Virus record (IMG/VR): IMGVR_UViG_3300027759_000070
Coordinates: 1 to 64,000 of that record
Origin: a virus
Direction: 5' to 3' (one strand)
DNA length: 64,000 nt
Shown: one piece after another, positions 48,646 to 58,292 of the stretch
Position numbering within the stretch: the stretch's first letter is position 1
Layout: each line of letters starts with the position of its first letter
Made by a program: the position numbers and the translations under genes
The notes under the pieces: generated by a model
What the model saw: the letters and a program-made list of their open reading frames with translations, nothing else
Databases searched by the model: none
Told to the model about the DNA's origin: nothing

Positions 48646-49372
48646 AATTTTTATTATAATATAGTTGATTTTCGAACATGTAAGACCTAGTCTTACTTCC
48701 TTTGGTATACTCATCCAAAGCAGATCCAATATCAATGTATCTTCCAACTTTTTGAGTATCTAATCCTGATAAGAAATCGATAATAACTTCACTCATCGGA
48801 CCAGCAGATATCAAATATAATTCAGGTCTTAATGCAATTTTAGACAATTCATTCAAGAATTCATTCTTTTTGTCTTCCCAAAAATTTACACAATCATCAT
48901 TAACAGGTATAAAATCTAAAACATCAAATGGATATTTTCTATTAGATCCTTCTTTGTTTGCTATCAAAATAACCTTTTCATCTATATTTTGAATTACATT
49001 TTTAAATTTTTTGTAATTTCCGTTAATCCATAAATTCGAATATGTTATGTTTTCCATATCAACTCCAGCAATTTTTAAATTATCTAGAATGATTTTTTTC
49101 CCATAAGGATCACAACATCCACAAGAAATTCCATAAAATTTATCTGGGCTTTTGTTTTTTAAACTATTTGCGAGATCTTTTCCTAATTTAGTTTTGTGTG
49201 ATGGAGCATTCCACTTGTCCTTTTGGAACGCTTGTGTGTGGTTTCCCACTTCTTTACCCATCATTAAGGCCAATTCACCATCGGCGTATCTAGAAAATAT
49301 CGTGTGTTGTTTTTTTACGAAAATTCTATCAATCAAGTATTCGAAATCTTTACTAAAATCTTGTGTCATCAT
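48635..49372 (-). CDS. GT-D-fold-like glycosyltransferase
   Basis: FSRYADGE, LISAGPMS, YIDIGSALD. Confidence 0.6.
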   Translation of the reverse strand: MMTQDFSKDFEYLIDRIFVKKQHTIFSRYADGELALMMGKEVGNHTQAFQKDKWNAPSHKTKLGKDLANSLKNKSPDKFYGISCGCCDPYGKKIILDNLKIAGVDMENITYSNLWINGNYKKFKNVIQNIDEKVILIANKEGSNRKYPFDVLDFIPVNDDCVNFWEDKKNEFLNELSKIALRPELYLISAGPMSEVIIDFLSGLDTQKVGRYIDIGSALDEYTKGSKTRSYMFENQLYYNKNCEF

Positions 49373-50367
49373 ATATTCTTTAATAGTTTTGCTATCTTTT
49401 TTGCTGAATTTCCGTCACCAAAAGGGCATGGATAACTTATTTGATAATCTTTACTTATTTTTGAAACCAAAGAACTCAAATTTTTTGGAGACATACAAAG
49501 GATTCCATGATAATGGAGACATTCTGCTCTTTCTGTGGTTTCTCTACAGATGATAATTTTCTTATTTAAGAAAGATGCTTCTTCTTGAATGCCACCACTA
49601 TCAGTAATAACAAATCTACAATCTTTTAAAATATCAATCAAATCCGAATGATTCAAAGAATCAACAACTTTTACATGCTTGAAAATGTTTTTGTGTTTAA
49701 TCACATTTGGATTTGGATGTATGGGAAGTATAAATTCCAAATCATTATATTGTTCTGCTAATTTATCTATTTCTGTAAACCATTCCTCTATAATGTCGTG
49801 GTTTTCTCTCCTGTGAAGAGTTACCAAAACTTTGTTTCCATACGAAGGAACTACATGAGTAATATTATCTAGTACAGTATTACCAACTACATATACATGA
49901 TTATAGTTTGTTATTTTTTCTGCCTCCAGACAAGCCGCATTATCATTAGTTGCACACAAATGAATGTCGGCAATTCTACTAATTAATTGCCGATTTGCTT
50001 CTTCTGGATATGGATGATTTAGATCATATGTTCTCAACCCAGCTTCCAAATGAATGATCTTTATTTTGTTATTAAAAGCCCACAATGCCACCGCAAAAGC
50101 TGAAGATGTATCTCCTTGGACTAATACATGAGTGAAGCATTCTATGGGTATAGAACAAGTTAATACATTTGCAATAACAGAATTTAATCTATTATCACTT
50201 AATTGCTTTTGTTCTATACTGTAATCGACCTTTATATCTTTTAGAAGATCCGTATGTTGTCCAGTAAAGAATAAAGAATACTCAATATTATTACTATTAA
50301 ATTCTTGGAGCAATGGCTTTATCTTCAGCCATTCTGGTCTTGTTCCAAATGATACTAATACATTCAT
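49369..50367 (-). CDS. wecB: UDP-N-acetylglucosamine 2-epimerase
   Basis: GTRPE, TGQH, VQGDT, HLEAGLRT, PEEANR, TLHRREN, TDSGGIQEE, PFGDG. Confidence 0.95.
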   Translation of the reverse strand: MNVLVSFGTRPEWLKIKPLLQEFNSNNIEYSLFFTGQHTDLLKDIKVDYSIEQKQLSDNRLNSVIANVLTCSIPIECFTHVLVQGDTSSAFAVALWAFNNKIKIIHLEAGLRTYDLNHPYPEEANRQLISRIADIHLCATNDNAACLEAEKITNYNHVYVVGNTVLDNITHVVPSYGNKVLVTLHRRENHDIIEEWFTEIDKLAEQYNDLEFILPIHPNPNVIKHKNIFKHVKVVDSLNHSDLIDILKDCRFVITDSGGIQEEASFLNKKIIICRETTERAECLHYHGILCMSPKNLSSLVSKISKDYQISYPCPFGDGNSAKKIAKLLKNI

Positions 50368-51095
50368 TAACCTCTTAGTAATTTAAATCCTTTATTTTTA
50401 TATTCGGTTAAAGCAATCCCAAACATATTTAAATGATCTGGCTTTTGAGAAATTGCATTATTATCCGCTCCAAACTGCCATCCATAACTAGGAATACTCC
50501 CCCACATTTCCATATCTTCTTTTGGATGTGGTGGTACTAATGTTCTTGTATTCAAATACTTCTGAATTGAATAGGAAAAATGTGTATCTTCTCCACAAAG
50601 TAAAGAATTCGGAACAGTTGCTTCCTGCCAAAAAGCTGTGATAAACTTTCTAGGGAAAAACCAAGAATGCCCCACAATATCAACTTGTGTGGTTTCTGAA
50701 TTGGCCGAGTGCCACCCAACATCTTCTGCTATGCTATAGTTATAATCATTAAATATAACCCCTCTCGTACCATAAAGTGCTTCTTCATTTTTCATTTCAT
50801 TCATACAATTCTCAAACCACTTTTTACCCGGTATTGTGTCATCATCAAATACACATATATAATCACCTGTTGTATTTAACACATGAGAAAATCTAGACCA
50901 AACTCCAAAATTGTAATTTGATATAACGGTTCTATACTTATTAAAGATTGATTTGTCAAACTTATCAAATTTATCGGATGCGTTTACCCACAACATTATT
51001 TCGTGTGGTTTTATTGTTTGATTCTCGATTGCTTCTATTTGAAGTTTTAAACTTTCATAACGTCTAAAACAATTAATTATAACGCTTATTTTCAT
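50367..51095 (-). CDS. Glycosyltransferase family 2-like
   Basis: ISVII, VFDDD, GED. Confidence 0.75.
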   Translation of the reverse strand: MKISVIINCFRRYESLKLQIEAIENQTIKPHEIMLWVNASDKFDKFDKSIFNKYRTVISNYNFGVWSRFSHVLNTTGDYICVFDDDTIPGKKWFENCMNEMKNEEALYGTRGVIFNDYNYSIAEDVGWHSANSETTQVDIVGHSWFFPRKFITAFWQEATVPNSLLCGEDTHFSYSIQKYLNTRTLVPPHPKEDMEMWGSIPSYGWQFGADNNAISQKPDHLNMFGIALTEYKNKGFKLLRG

Positions 51096-51096
51096 A

Positions 51097-51978
51097 TTAA
51101 ATTTTATGATACAACTCTTTAACTTTTTTTGCTACATTTGATGCATGAAATTTATCCAAATCATCAGGGGGATTATGTAATTTTTTGTTTAAAATATCGC
51201 CTTTGCTGTTAACATCGTAAATCCATCCAGACTTACCACACAACCATCCTTCAATAGTGGTTCTTCCTAAAAGGATTCCAGCAGTCTCATCACATCTTTG
51301 GACATATTTTTGTACATCGTCTACTGCATTAGAGTGTTTAACATGTTTATGTTTTAATAATTCTCCCAAATAATTATCTGAATTATTTCCCACCAACCAA
51401 AAATCTTTGTTTATACTCTTAGTATATTCGACTAAATCAAATATTGTATTCTTTCTTAAATAATCTATAGTCCCAACAAATAGCACAGCATTGTGATCCT
51501 TTGTTTCTATTTTTTTAAATCTGGTTTCATCGATTGGATTGTATATAATTTCAATAGAAGATGAAGAAATTTTAAAATTATTGATTAAATGATCTTTTAT
51601 TTCTGGTCTTATTGCGATATATTTTTTAATAGATTCGTGAATAACAGGATCTTCTAAAGATATGACTTCTGAGTGAATCGTACAGATCTTTTTTGTTTTT
51701 GGGTATACCTTAATTAATTCTTGTACTACGGGTTTATGCTGACAATGTATTATATCATACTGATCTGTCCCCCTGATGCTAGAAAATTCTTGAACCTTTA
51801 TACCACACTTTAATGCCAAATCTGTCAATTTACCACCAATATAAGGGGATACTACAGTTACATCACAATTTAACTGTAGTAAATTTCTCGCCAATTCATA
51901 CACATACATCTCAGATCCTGTAAAATCCTTAAAAAGTAGACACCCAATAAGTACTTTGGTTTTTTTCTCTTCGGTCAT
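51097..51978 (-). CDS. GT-B (GT4-like) glycosyltransferase
   Basis: TGSEMYVYELA, IIYNPID, GRTTIEG. Confidence 0.7.
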   Translation of the reverse strand: MTEEKKTKVLIGCLLFKDFTGSEMYVYELARNLLQLNCDVTVVSPYIGGKLTDLALKCGIKVQEFSSIRGTDQYDIIHCQHKPVVQELIKVYPKTKKICTIHSEVISLEDPVIHESIKKYIAIRPEIKDHLINNFKISSSSIEIIYNPIDETRFKKIETKDHNAVLFVGTIDYLRKNTIFDLVEYTKSINKDFWLVGNNSDNYLGELLKHKHVKHSNAVDDVQKYVQRCDETAGILLGRTTIEGWLCGKSGWIYDVNSKGDILNKKLHNPPDDLDKFHASNVAKKVKELYHKI

Positions 51979-52030
51979 AATATTTATTTTACCACACTTT
52001 AAAAAAAAATCAATTGACTAAATACTTAAA

Positions 52031-52747
52031 ATGGCTGATGTATTCATTAATATTAAAGATTTACCAGAGTTAAGCGAAGTCAGAAATGGTGATTATATAA
52101 TCGTCGAATCTACTACTGGAACACATTTAATTGATTTTAAAAATCTTATAATGCCAATAGATAATACGGTAATTTCAAGCACGGTAACACAAAACACCAA
52201 TGCTATACTAAGTTTATCTACTTCAAAGGATACATCTGCTACTACATTATCTTCTGATTTGGATGCAGCAAAAACAAACATAGCATCTCTTTCTGATAAA
52301 GTTACCAACATTTTAGGTAAAAATGCATTAAACTTGAGTGTGGGGAAGGCTCAAGTTACCATTTCACCTGGTAATAAAATGGGTACAGGCACTCTTTCTC
52401 AAACAGGAACTTGGGCACTAACCGATATTATGATAACTCCAGCCAATGAATATGCAGCTAAGTTCGGAGCGTATCCAATTTCGGTAACCCAAAAAGGAGA
52501 AATAACCATACAAGGCACATTCACCAGAACATCATTAATATTGAGAAATACTCCAACAGTTTCTGTCGAATCTTCTCTTAGACCAAGCACTAATATTTTA
52601 TCTTCTTATACCGTTTCGGAATATAGTAACAGCTTAAGTCTAAATCCTTCAGATTTAGATAATTTTGTTACATCATTTTCTATAAGCGGAATAGAAATAC
52701 CAGCAGAAGAAGATGCTATATATAATGTTTATGCTATTAAGCTCTAA
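52031..52747 (+). CDS. Putative tail fibre/structural protein
   Basis: IKDLPEL...DYIIV fibre-type N-terminus, short coil, Ser/Thr-rich; late promoter. Confidence 0.5.
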   Translation: MADVFINIKDLPELSEVRNGDYIIVESTTGTHLIDFKNLIMPIDNTVISSTVTQNTNAILSLSTSKDTSATTLSSDLDAAKTNIASLSDKVTNILGKNALNLSVGKAQVTISPGNKMGTGTLSQTGTWALTDIMITPANEYAAKFGAYPISVTQKGEITIQGTFTRTSLILRNTPTVSVESSLRPSTNILSSYTVSEYSNSLSLNPSDLDNFVTSFSISGIEIPAEEDAIYNVYAIKL

Positions 52748-53498
52748 GATTCTTTTTCGAGAATTTCTTGATTAATTCTTCTTGGTGCTTGATGGATTTT
52801 TCTTTTTCGTGTGATTCTTCTTCTGATTTCAATAATTCCTCCATCTCTGCTAAAGATTTTGGATTTAAAATAGAATCTTCTTCTTCTCCATATACAGTAC
52901 CACTATCATCTAAATATTGTTGGATTAGTAATACCCTTTCTTCTGGACTCCCAAAAATTTCAATAATTGCAGGACAATTATCAGCATCAAAAAATGGTGT
53001 TTTCCCCAAATTGTGCTGATACTGATAGAATAAGGCTTTAAATATGTTATCAATTTCTTCAATATAAACTGGATCTGTCTCTCTTTTCCCGTCTTCGACA
53101 ATATCTACAGGAGATGCTTTAGTGATAGGCAGAAAAAATATTAAATCAATATGCTTTAACGATTCTTTAACCAACGGTATCATTTTATCAATAAATGCTT
53201 TATTGATATTTGAAGACTTTTTTTCGTATGCCCATAATGTATATACCAAACAATCTAATGGGCCTCTATCGATAATCACATTATCGTCTTTACTGTATTT
53301 TTGTAACTCATCAATCATGTGATTAATGATTGCCCATTGACCATCCTTGTTACATTTCTTGCTGTGAGGGTGGTTTTGAGACTTTAAAACATCTCTATAG
53401 GATGATGATGGAGTGGAGTAATTTCCCCATTTTTCTAAAAAATCATTAATTAATGTCGTTTTACCCGTGTTGGCTGTTCCTGAAATACAAATACGCAT
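52737..53498 (-). CDS. P-loop kinase/ATPase (AAA_28, dNMP-kinase-like)
   Basis: GTANTGKTT, IIDRGPLD. Confidence 0.7.
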   Translation of the reverse strand: MRICISGTANTGKTTLINDFLEKWGNYSTPSSSYRDVLKSQNHPHSKKCNKDGQWAIINHMIDELQKYSKDDNVIIDRGPLDCLVYTLWAYEKKSSNINKAFIDKMIPLVKESLKHIDLIFFLPITKASPVDIVEDGKRETDPVYIEEIDNIFKALFYQYQHNLGKTPFFDADNCPAIIEIFGSPEERVLLIQQYLDDSGTVYGEEEDSILNPKSLAEMEELLKSEEESHEKEKSIKHQEELIKKFSKKNLRA

Positions 53499-53514
53499 AT
53501 TATTATTGTATTAA

Positions 53515-53934
53515 TTATACTGATTCATCCTCATTATCAAGTGATTTTTTTCTAGATTTTATTAGTTCCCACTCATAACTTAATCTTTTCAAACCGTCAT
53601 ATGTAAATCTACAAACAGGAAATCTTATGTGTGCATCTTCTATTTTAGCCCATACAAAATCAGAATGTTCATCACTCAATTTAACATTTCCTACATATGT
53701 CCATCCCTTAAATAGACAAAAATTTGGTTTTTTTTGAATTATTTTACAAGATGATATATTTAAATTTGTTTCTTCTTTAACTTCTCTGATTAATCCTGTG
53801 GTGAATGTTTCGTTTATCTTGATATGACCACCAGGAAAATGATATTTATTTAATGTTTTTGACTTTAACAACAAAACCCTCCCACTTCTCAAGATCATTA
53901 TTTTAGAAACTTTATTTGTGTCGTTTTTATCCAT
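53515..53934 (-). CDS. Nudix hydrolase
   Basis: PGGHIKINETFTTGLIREVKEETNL; start reset (TAAGTA-N5-ATG). Confidence 0.85.
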   Translation of the reverse strand: MDKNDTNKVSKIMILRSGRVLLLKSKTLNKYHFPGGHIKINETFTTGLIREVKEETNLNISSCKIIQKKPNFCLFKGWTYVGNVKLSDEHSDFVWAKIEDAHIRFPVCRFTYDGLKRLSYEWELIKSRKKSLDNEDESV

Positions 53935-53996
53935 GATAATACTTAGTATATCATGGAATGTATTGAAAGGCAAACAAAAGCTGATAAATAACATTG

Positions 53997-54764
53997 ATGG
54001 CAAAAAAACTTCGTAAAAAAGAGGTTGTCGATAGCAATATCGACGAATATGTTATATTAAACAACATAGAAACTAGCACAAAAAAAGAATGGTTTTTGAA
54101 CTATAAAATACACAATCAATTTAAATTAAATGATGTCCACAACTCTTTTATGGAATTGTTACTGTACAAAGATACTAAAATGGTATTTGTGGACGGCCCA
54201 GCAGGGTCTGGTAAGTCTTATTTGGCTGTATATGGTGCATTACAAATGCTCCTAAAGAAACAAATAAACCAAATTGTATATATTCGTTCTATTGTTGAAA
54301 GTGCTTCTAAGAGTATGGGGAGTTTACCCGGTGAACTACAAGATAAATTCCAACCTTGGTCACTGCCTTTAATAGAAAAATTGGACGAATTAGTTGGATC
54401 TAAGATTGGAGGGGAGTTGATCCGTAACAACTATATCAAATGTATGCCTGTGAACTTTGTTAGAGGTCTTACATTTAGAGACAGTGTAGTTATTGTAGAC
54501 GAATCTCAAAATCTTACTACTGCCGAATTAACTACTATTTTAACTCGTTTTGGAGAAAATACCAAATATATTGTAATTGGTGATAGCTTTCAATCTGATA
54601 TTGGAGCATCCAAGAATGGATTTACAAAAATCCGCAATGTGTTTGATAATGCGGATAGTGAAGAAAAGGGAATACACAACTTTATTTTTAGTGAAAATGA
54701 AGTTGTGCGTTCGCAAATCCTCAAATTTATAGTAAAGAAGTTAGAAACTATCCAGATCCATTAG
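53997..54764 (+). CDS. phoH: PhoH-like protein
   Basis: GPAGSGKS, RGLTF, VDESQN, TRFGE, GDSFQSD. Confidence 0.92.
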   Translation: MAKKLRKKEVVDSNIDEYVILNNIETSTKKEWFLNYKIHNQFKLNDVHNSFMELLLYKDTKMVFVDGPAGSGKSYLAVYGALQMLLKKQINQIVYIRSIVESASKSMGSLPGELQDKFQPWSLPLIEKLDELVGSKIGGELIRNNYIKCMPVNFVRGLTFRDSVVIVDESQNLTTAELTTILTRFGENTKYIVIGDSFQSDIGASKNGFTKIRNVFDNADSEEKGIHNFIFSENEVVRSQILKFIVKKLETIQIH

Positions 54765-55020
54765 CTTCTAACATTTGCAATTCTCTAATTGCATCTTCGA
54801 CAGAAACAGTCCGTAAACCATTTGCTTTATTCTCTGGTTTACGGACTGTTTCGTTTTCTTTTGTAAGTTCAGATATTTTTGAAAATACAGATTGTTCCAA
54901 ATTTACGAAATGAGGATCTCTTTCAAATGATGTTCCACCAAAAGATCCTCCACCAGACATTCTAACTTGTCCTCTGGGTCTTACTGTACTAGAATACAAA
55001 TTTGCTAGTTCTGGTTCCAT
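54748..55020 (-). CDS. Hypothetical protein
   Basis: ORF 90 aa, coupled to upstream gene. Confidence 0.6.
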   Translation of the reverse strand: MEPELANLYSSTVRPRGQVRMSGGGSFGGTSFERDPHFVNLEQSVFSKISELTKENETVRKPENKANGLRTVSVEDAIRELQMLEANGSG

Positions 55021-55751
55021 TATCTCTTAACATGAAGGCTGGTTTTTCCTCCTAAATATGCTAAAATAAAAAGCCAATCTCGCTTTTCTGTGTTTGATTT
55101 TCCTACACCCAAAGGTTTTAGATATTTTTGTAAATCTTGTTGAACCCCAATAAAAACTTTCTCTGTTTCTGCTTGCCTTTTTTTGTAATCTTCTCCTTGA
55201 GTATTTTTTAATTTATCTTCGGCTTCTTTAGAAGTTTTTTGAATTTCTTCTTTTATTTTATTTTGAGTTTCTGTATCGAATAAATTTAATGTATTTAAAT
55301 CCATTTCAGAAATTAATTTTTCAATTCCTTCTAGTTGATCTAAATCAACACCTCTTGTTTGCATTCTTTTTTCTCCTAACTTAGGATCATTAACTAGATC
55401 ATAATATGATATTTTTGTATTGTTTATATATTTGCGTCCTGAAGATAACGGTACATACGAACTATCTGTAAATGTAATTTCAGTTCTAATAAACATTGGA
55501 TCATTTTTTAAATCATCTTTAACTCCTTGTAATACTTCTGCATTTTTAGCTCTTACTTCAGATCTTTGTCCTTGTTGATCTTGGCGGACCTGACCAAATG
55601 CCTGCACATAAGGATTGTCAGCATATGCCTGCTTTACTACATTTCCTACGGCTTTACCTATTGTTTTTGGAATAGCAGCAGCTATAGAACCTAATAGTCC
55701 TTCAACTACAAATTGTTCCATGTATTGTTTATATGTTTTTTCAAATTTCAT
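55020..55751 (-). CDS. Hypothetical protein with leader MKFEKTYKQYMEQFVVE
   Basis: ORF 243 aa. Confidence 0.7.
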   Translation of the reverse strand: MKFEKTYKQYMEQFVVEGLLGSIAAAIPKTIGKAVGNVVKQAYADNPYVQAFGQVRQDQQGQRSEVRAKNAEVLQGVKDDLKNDPMFIRTEITFTDSSYVPLSSGRKYINNTKISYYDLVNDPKLGEKRMQTRGVDLDQLEGIEKLISEMDLNTLNLFDTETQNKIKEEIQKTSKEAEDKLKNTQGEDYKKRQAETEKVFIGVQQDLQKYLKPLGVGKSNTEKRDWLFILAYLGGKTSLHVKR

Positions 55752-56176
55752 TATAGATACTCCGTTCTATATATATCCAAAAGATCTTGATCTGTGCATC
55801 CATTATCTTTTAAAAATGATTCCAGCATTTGTATGTTTGAACTGTTCATCACCAATTGGACTAAAGGGCTATCGAACTTCATACCTTTTTCTTCCTTCAA
55901 AAATACCAAGACATTAAGTTTAAATTTTTCAAGTTTGGTTAATCCACTCTCCACATCAATCATCCCACATGGAATAGTTGCTACTAGTCCACCGTCAATT
56001 TCTTCAAAATACATTTTAGCATTAACCCCATCTTCGGCTATAATGAATCCTTCATAACCTTGAAATTTAGATATTTCACCTTTTTCGCAATATGCTGGAT
56101 CTACTTTTAATCTAACTTTTCGTAAATTTACGGTTCTAAAAGAATTTTCTAGAAATTTATTGAAACGGCTGCTCAT
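55751..56176 (-). CDS. Hypothetical protein
   Basis: ORF 141 aa; late promoter. Confidence 0.7.
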   Translation of the reverse strand: MSSRFNKFLENSFRTVNLRKVRLKVDPAYCEKGEISKFQGYEGFIIAEDGVNAKMYFEEIDGGLVATIPCGMIDVESGLTKLEKFKLNVLVFLKEEKGMKFDSPLVQLVMNSSNIQMLESFLKDNGCTDQDLLDIYRTEYL

Positions 56177-56181
56177 AATGA

Positions 56182-56589
56182 TTATTTAACTTTCACCACC
56201 GCATTTATAAGTTTTAAGAACTCCAAGCCCAATAAAACCTTTTCATCATTATCTTTTCTATCACAGATGCTAAATTTTACATTCTTGTAGATTTTACCTT
56301 TAAGTTTAAAATCAAATTTAACTATTGGTCTATCTTCTACAGTAGAAGCACCAACATTAATTTTAATCGTATCTACTAAAGGCTTTTGTATTTCTTTGCC
56401 TTTATCTGTTTTGAATGTGACAATATCCCCTTGGATCTTTATATCTTCACCATGCAAAGCATTATATGCATCATTTCCTGTATCTACTTTTGCGACATAA
56501 TCACCAACATCTCTTATTACAACTGGTTCTTTAGGTAAGAAAGTAGTAGAGTTTTCGGATTTTGAATAAAATTCCTTGAATAGGATCAT
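56182..56589 (-). CDS. Retropepsin-like aspartic protease (RimK-associated type)
   Basis: AKVDTG, EDRPIV, DR...VLLGLEFL; leader MILFKEFYSKSE. Confidence 0.8.
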   Translation of the reverse strand: MILFKEFYSKSENSTTFLPKEPVVIRDVGDYVAKVDTGNDAYNALHGEDIKIQGDIVTFKTDKGKEIQKPLVDTIKINVGASTVEDRPIVKFDFKLKGKIYKNVKFSICDRKDNDEKVLLGLEFLKLINAVVKVK

Positions 56590-56604
56590 TCAATTATTTA
56601 GTCA

Positions 56605-56874
56605 TTATAGAGTAGAAGTAAGAGAAGGCTTCTTATTCTTATCAGTTTTAGCACCCCCAACAGCAGCAATTGCTTTTGCTTCAGGAGAATTAGGGTTGGA
56701 TGCTTTCTTCAAAGCATTGATTTCATCCTGTTTTTGTTTGATTGCTTTTTGTTGATCTACTGGAGAAAGTCCCTCTGCATCTTCGTCTTTAATTTTATCT
56801 TCAAAAATGTATCTTTTTAGATATGCATTAATTTTATCATCATAAGATTCTTTTTTTACAGATTTTACAGACAT
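56605..56874 (-). CDS. Hypothetical late protein
   Basis: TAAATA-N5-ATG. Confidence 0.65.
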   Translation of the reverse strand: MSVKSVKKESYDDKINAYLKRYIFEDKIKDEDAEGLSPVDQQKAIKQKQDEINALKKASNPNSPEAKAIAAVGGAKTDKNKKPSLTSTL

Positions 56875-56878
56875 AAAA

Positions 56879-57337
56879 TTATTTATCTTTCTTTATATAC
56901 TTTTTGTAAAAGTATCCTTCTTGGACGGGTTCTTCTGATTTTTTATTGTAAAAATCATCAACCTCTTGTACCGCATCTTCGATTTCTCCTAAACCTTGGG
57001 CAGAAGTCTGTGATAAAGATGCTTTTTTAATTGTGTTTAATAGTGTAGATATCTTTGGTGGATATTTTGCCTGACCCATTCTTTGTTCATTTCTTAAAAA
57101 GTCTACAATTTTACCCAACAAAGTAACCATTTCGTCCATTGCTGTTTCCACTTGATTGGACATTTTTTCTCCAGCTTTTTCTATGTCATCCCCAGCTTTC
57201 TGTTGATCTGGTGTTGGTCCCCCTACACCCCCAGAAGAACCAGCCTGTGCTTCTGGGGGAGGCATAGCAGCATCTTCTGGAGGAGGTGCTTGTTCTAACA
57301 ATTTGTATGATTTTTTAACTAACTTAGAAAACTTCAT
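56879..57337 (-). CDS. Hypothetical protein with leader MKFSKLVKKSYKLLE
   Basis: TAAATA-N5-ATG; Pro-rich linker after LLE. Confidence 0.7.
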   Translation of the reverse strand: MKFSKLVKKSYKLLEQAPPPEDAAMPPPEAQAGSSGGVGGPTPDQQKAGDDIEKAGEKMSNQVETAMDEMVTLLGKIVDFLRNEQRMGQAKYPPKISTLLNTIKKASLSQTSAQGLGEIEDAVQEVDDFYNKKSEEPVQEGYFYKKYIKKDK

Positions 57338-57341
57338 ACGA

Positions 57342-57854
57342 TTATTTATTTAATAGTAACTTAGTTTGTAAACTATTTTTAATTTTTGCCTCTAAATGCT
57401 TTAAATTATTTTTTTCTGTGTATTCTTTAATTTTTTTAAAATTTGTCTCTGGTTTGTTTTGTAATATTTTTTTAAGTTTGTAAATTAATTGAGTGTCAAC
57501 ACTTAACTCTTCCGAAATTACAAATACGTTAAAATTAAATATTTTTATTGACTTATTTAAAATTTTATGTATAATTGCTTTACAAGCTTCTTCCTCAAAT
57601 GTTAAATTTAATATTTTTAAATTTAATTCTTGGTTAAAAACTAAAACATTGTCTATGTTTTGTTTAAAATGAGATAAAATTTCATTTATTATAAAATGTT
57701 TAAATATATTATTAAGATCTCTAGAATTAATATTTATTTTTAAATTATTCTCGTACAAGAAATTAGAAATCTCTAATTCTATTTTTTCTGATAAAAGTAA
57801 ATTTAAACTTATAAGATTTAAATTATATTCTTTAATCTCATGATTGAAAATCAT
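57342..57854 (-). CDS. Hypothetical protein
   Basis: Very AT-rich ORF; start reset from promoter geometry. Confidence 0.6.
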   Translation of the reverse strand: MIFNHEIKEYNLNLISLNLLLSEKIELEISNFLYENNLKININSRDLNNIFKHFIINEILSHFKQNIDNVLVFNQELNLKILNLTFEEEACKAIIHKILNKSIKIFNFNVFVISEELSVDTQLIYKLKKILQNKPETNFKKIKEYTEKNNLKHLEAKIKNSLQTKLLLNK

Positions 57855-57859
57855 TATCA

Positions 57860-57888
57860 ATTATAACACATCTACTATTCATTGTCAA
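57860..57888 (-). promoter_or_regulatory. Consensus sigma70 promoter (leaderless geometry)
   Basis: TTGACA-N17-TATAAT, 5 nt before ATG 57854. Confidence 0.8.
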
Positions 57889-58284
57889 CTACAATTTTAC
57901 TTTTCCTAGTCGAAGATTTATAATTCCATTATAATAATCTTCTTTGAGGAGAACTTCTCTATCAAATTGTTCCTTTGCTTCGTAATAAGCCATTTGACTT
58001 TTATTTGCACAGAACCTTAATATTTCAAAAGTAAACTGGTCTTTACCGTGTTTTAGAATATCTTCGTTAAGTTCTTTAGAAGAACTTGTGTACGTTCTCC
58101 ATTTTGATTCTTTTGTATCTCTTCTAGCCCGTGTTTTTCCTTTTAAAGGCTTTCTTTTAATATTAGATATCATTTGTTTTTTACCTATATACTTTTTATT
58201 CGTAACCGTATTGGTTATTATGTATATAAATCCAAATGAGTTTTCGGGAATTTCTTGATTAGTAATCCAATGACCTAGATCCAT
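57889..58284 (-). CDS. GIY-YIG nuclease (endonuclease II-like, single domain)
   Basis: FGFIYIITN...KKYIGKKQ...WRTYTSSS...YYN. Confidence 0.8.
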   Translation of the reverse strand: MDLGHWITNQEIPENSFGFIYIITNTVTNKKYIGKKQMISNIKRKPLKGKTRARRDTKESKWRTYTSSSKELNEDILKHGKDQFTFEILRFCANKSQMAYYEAKEQFDREVLLKEDYYNGIINLRLGKVKL

Positions 58285-58292
58285 TCAACTAC

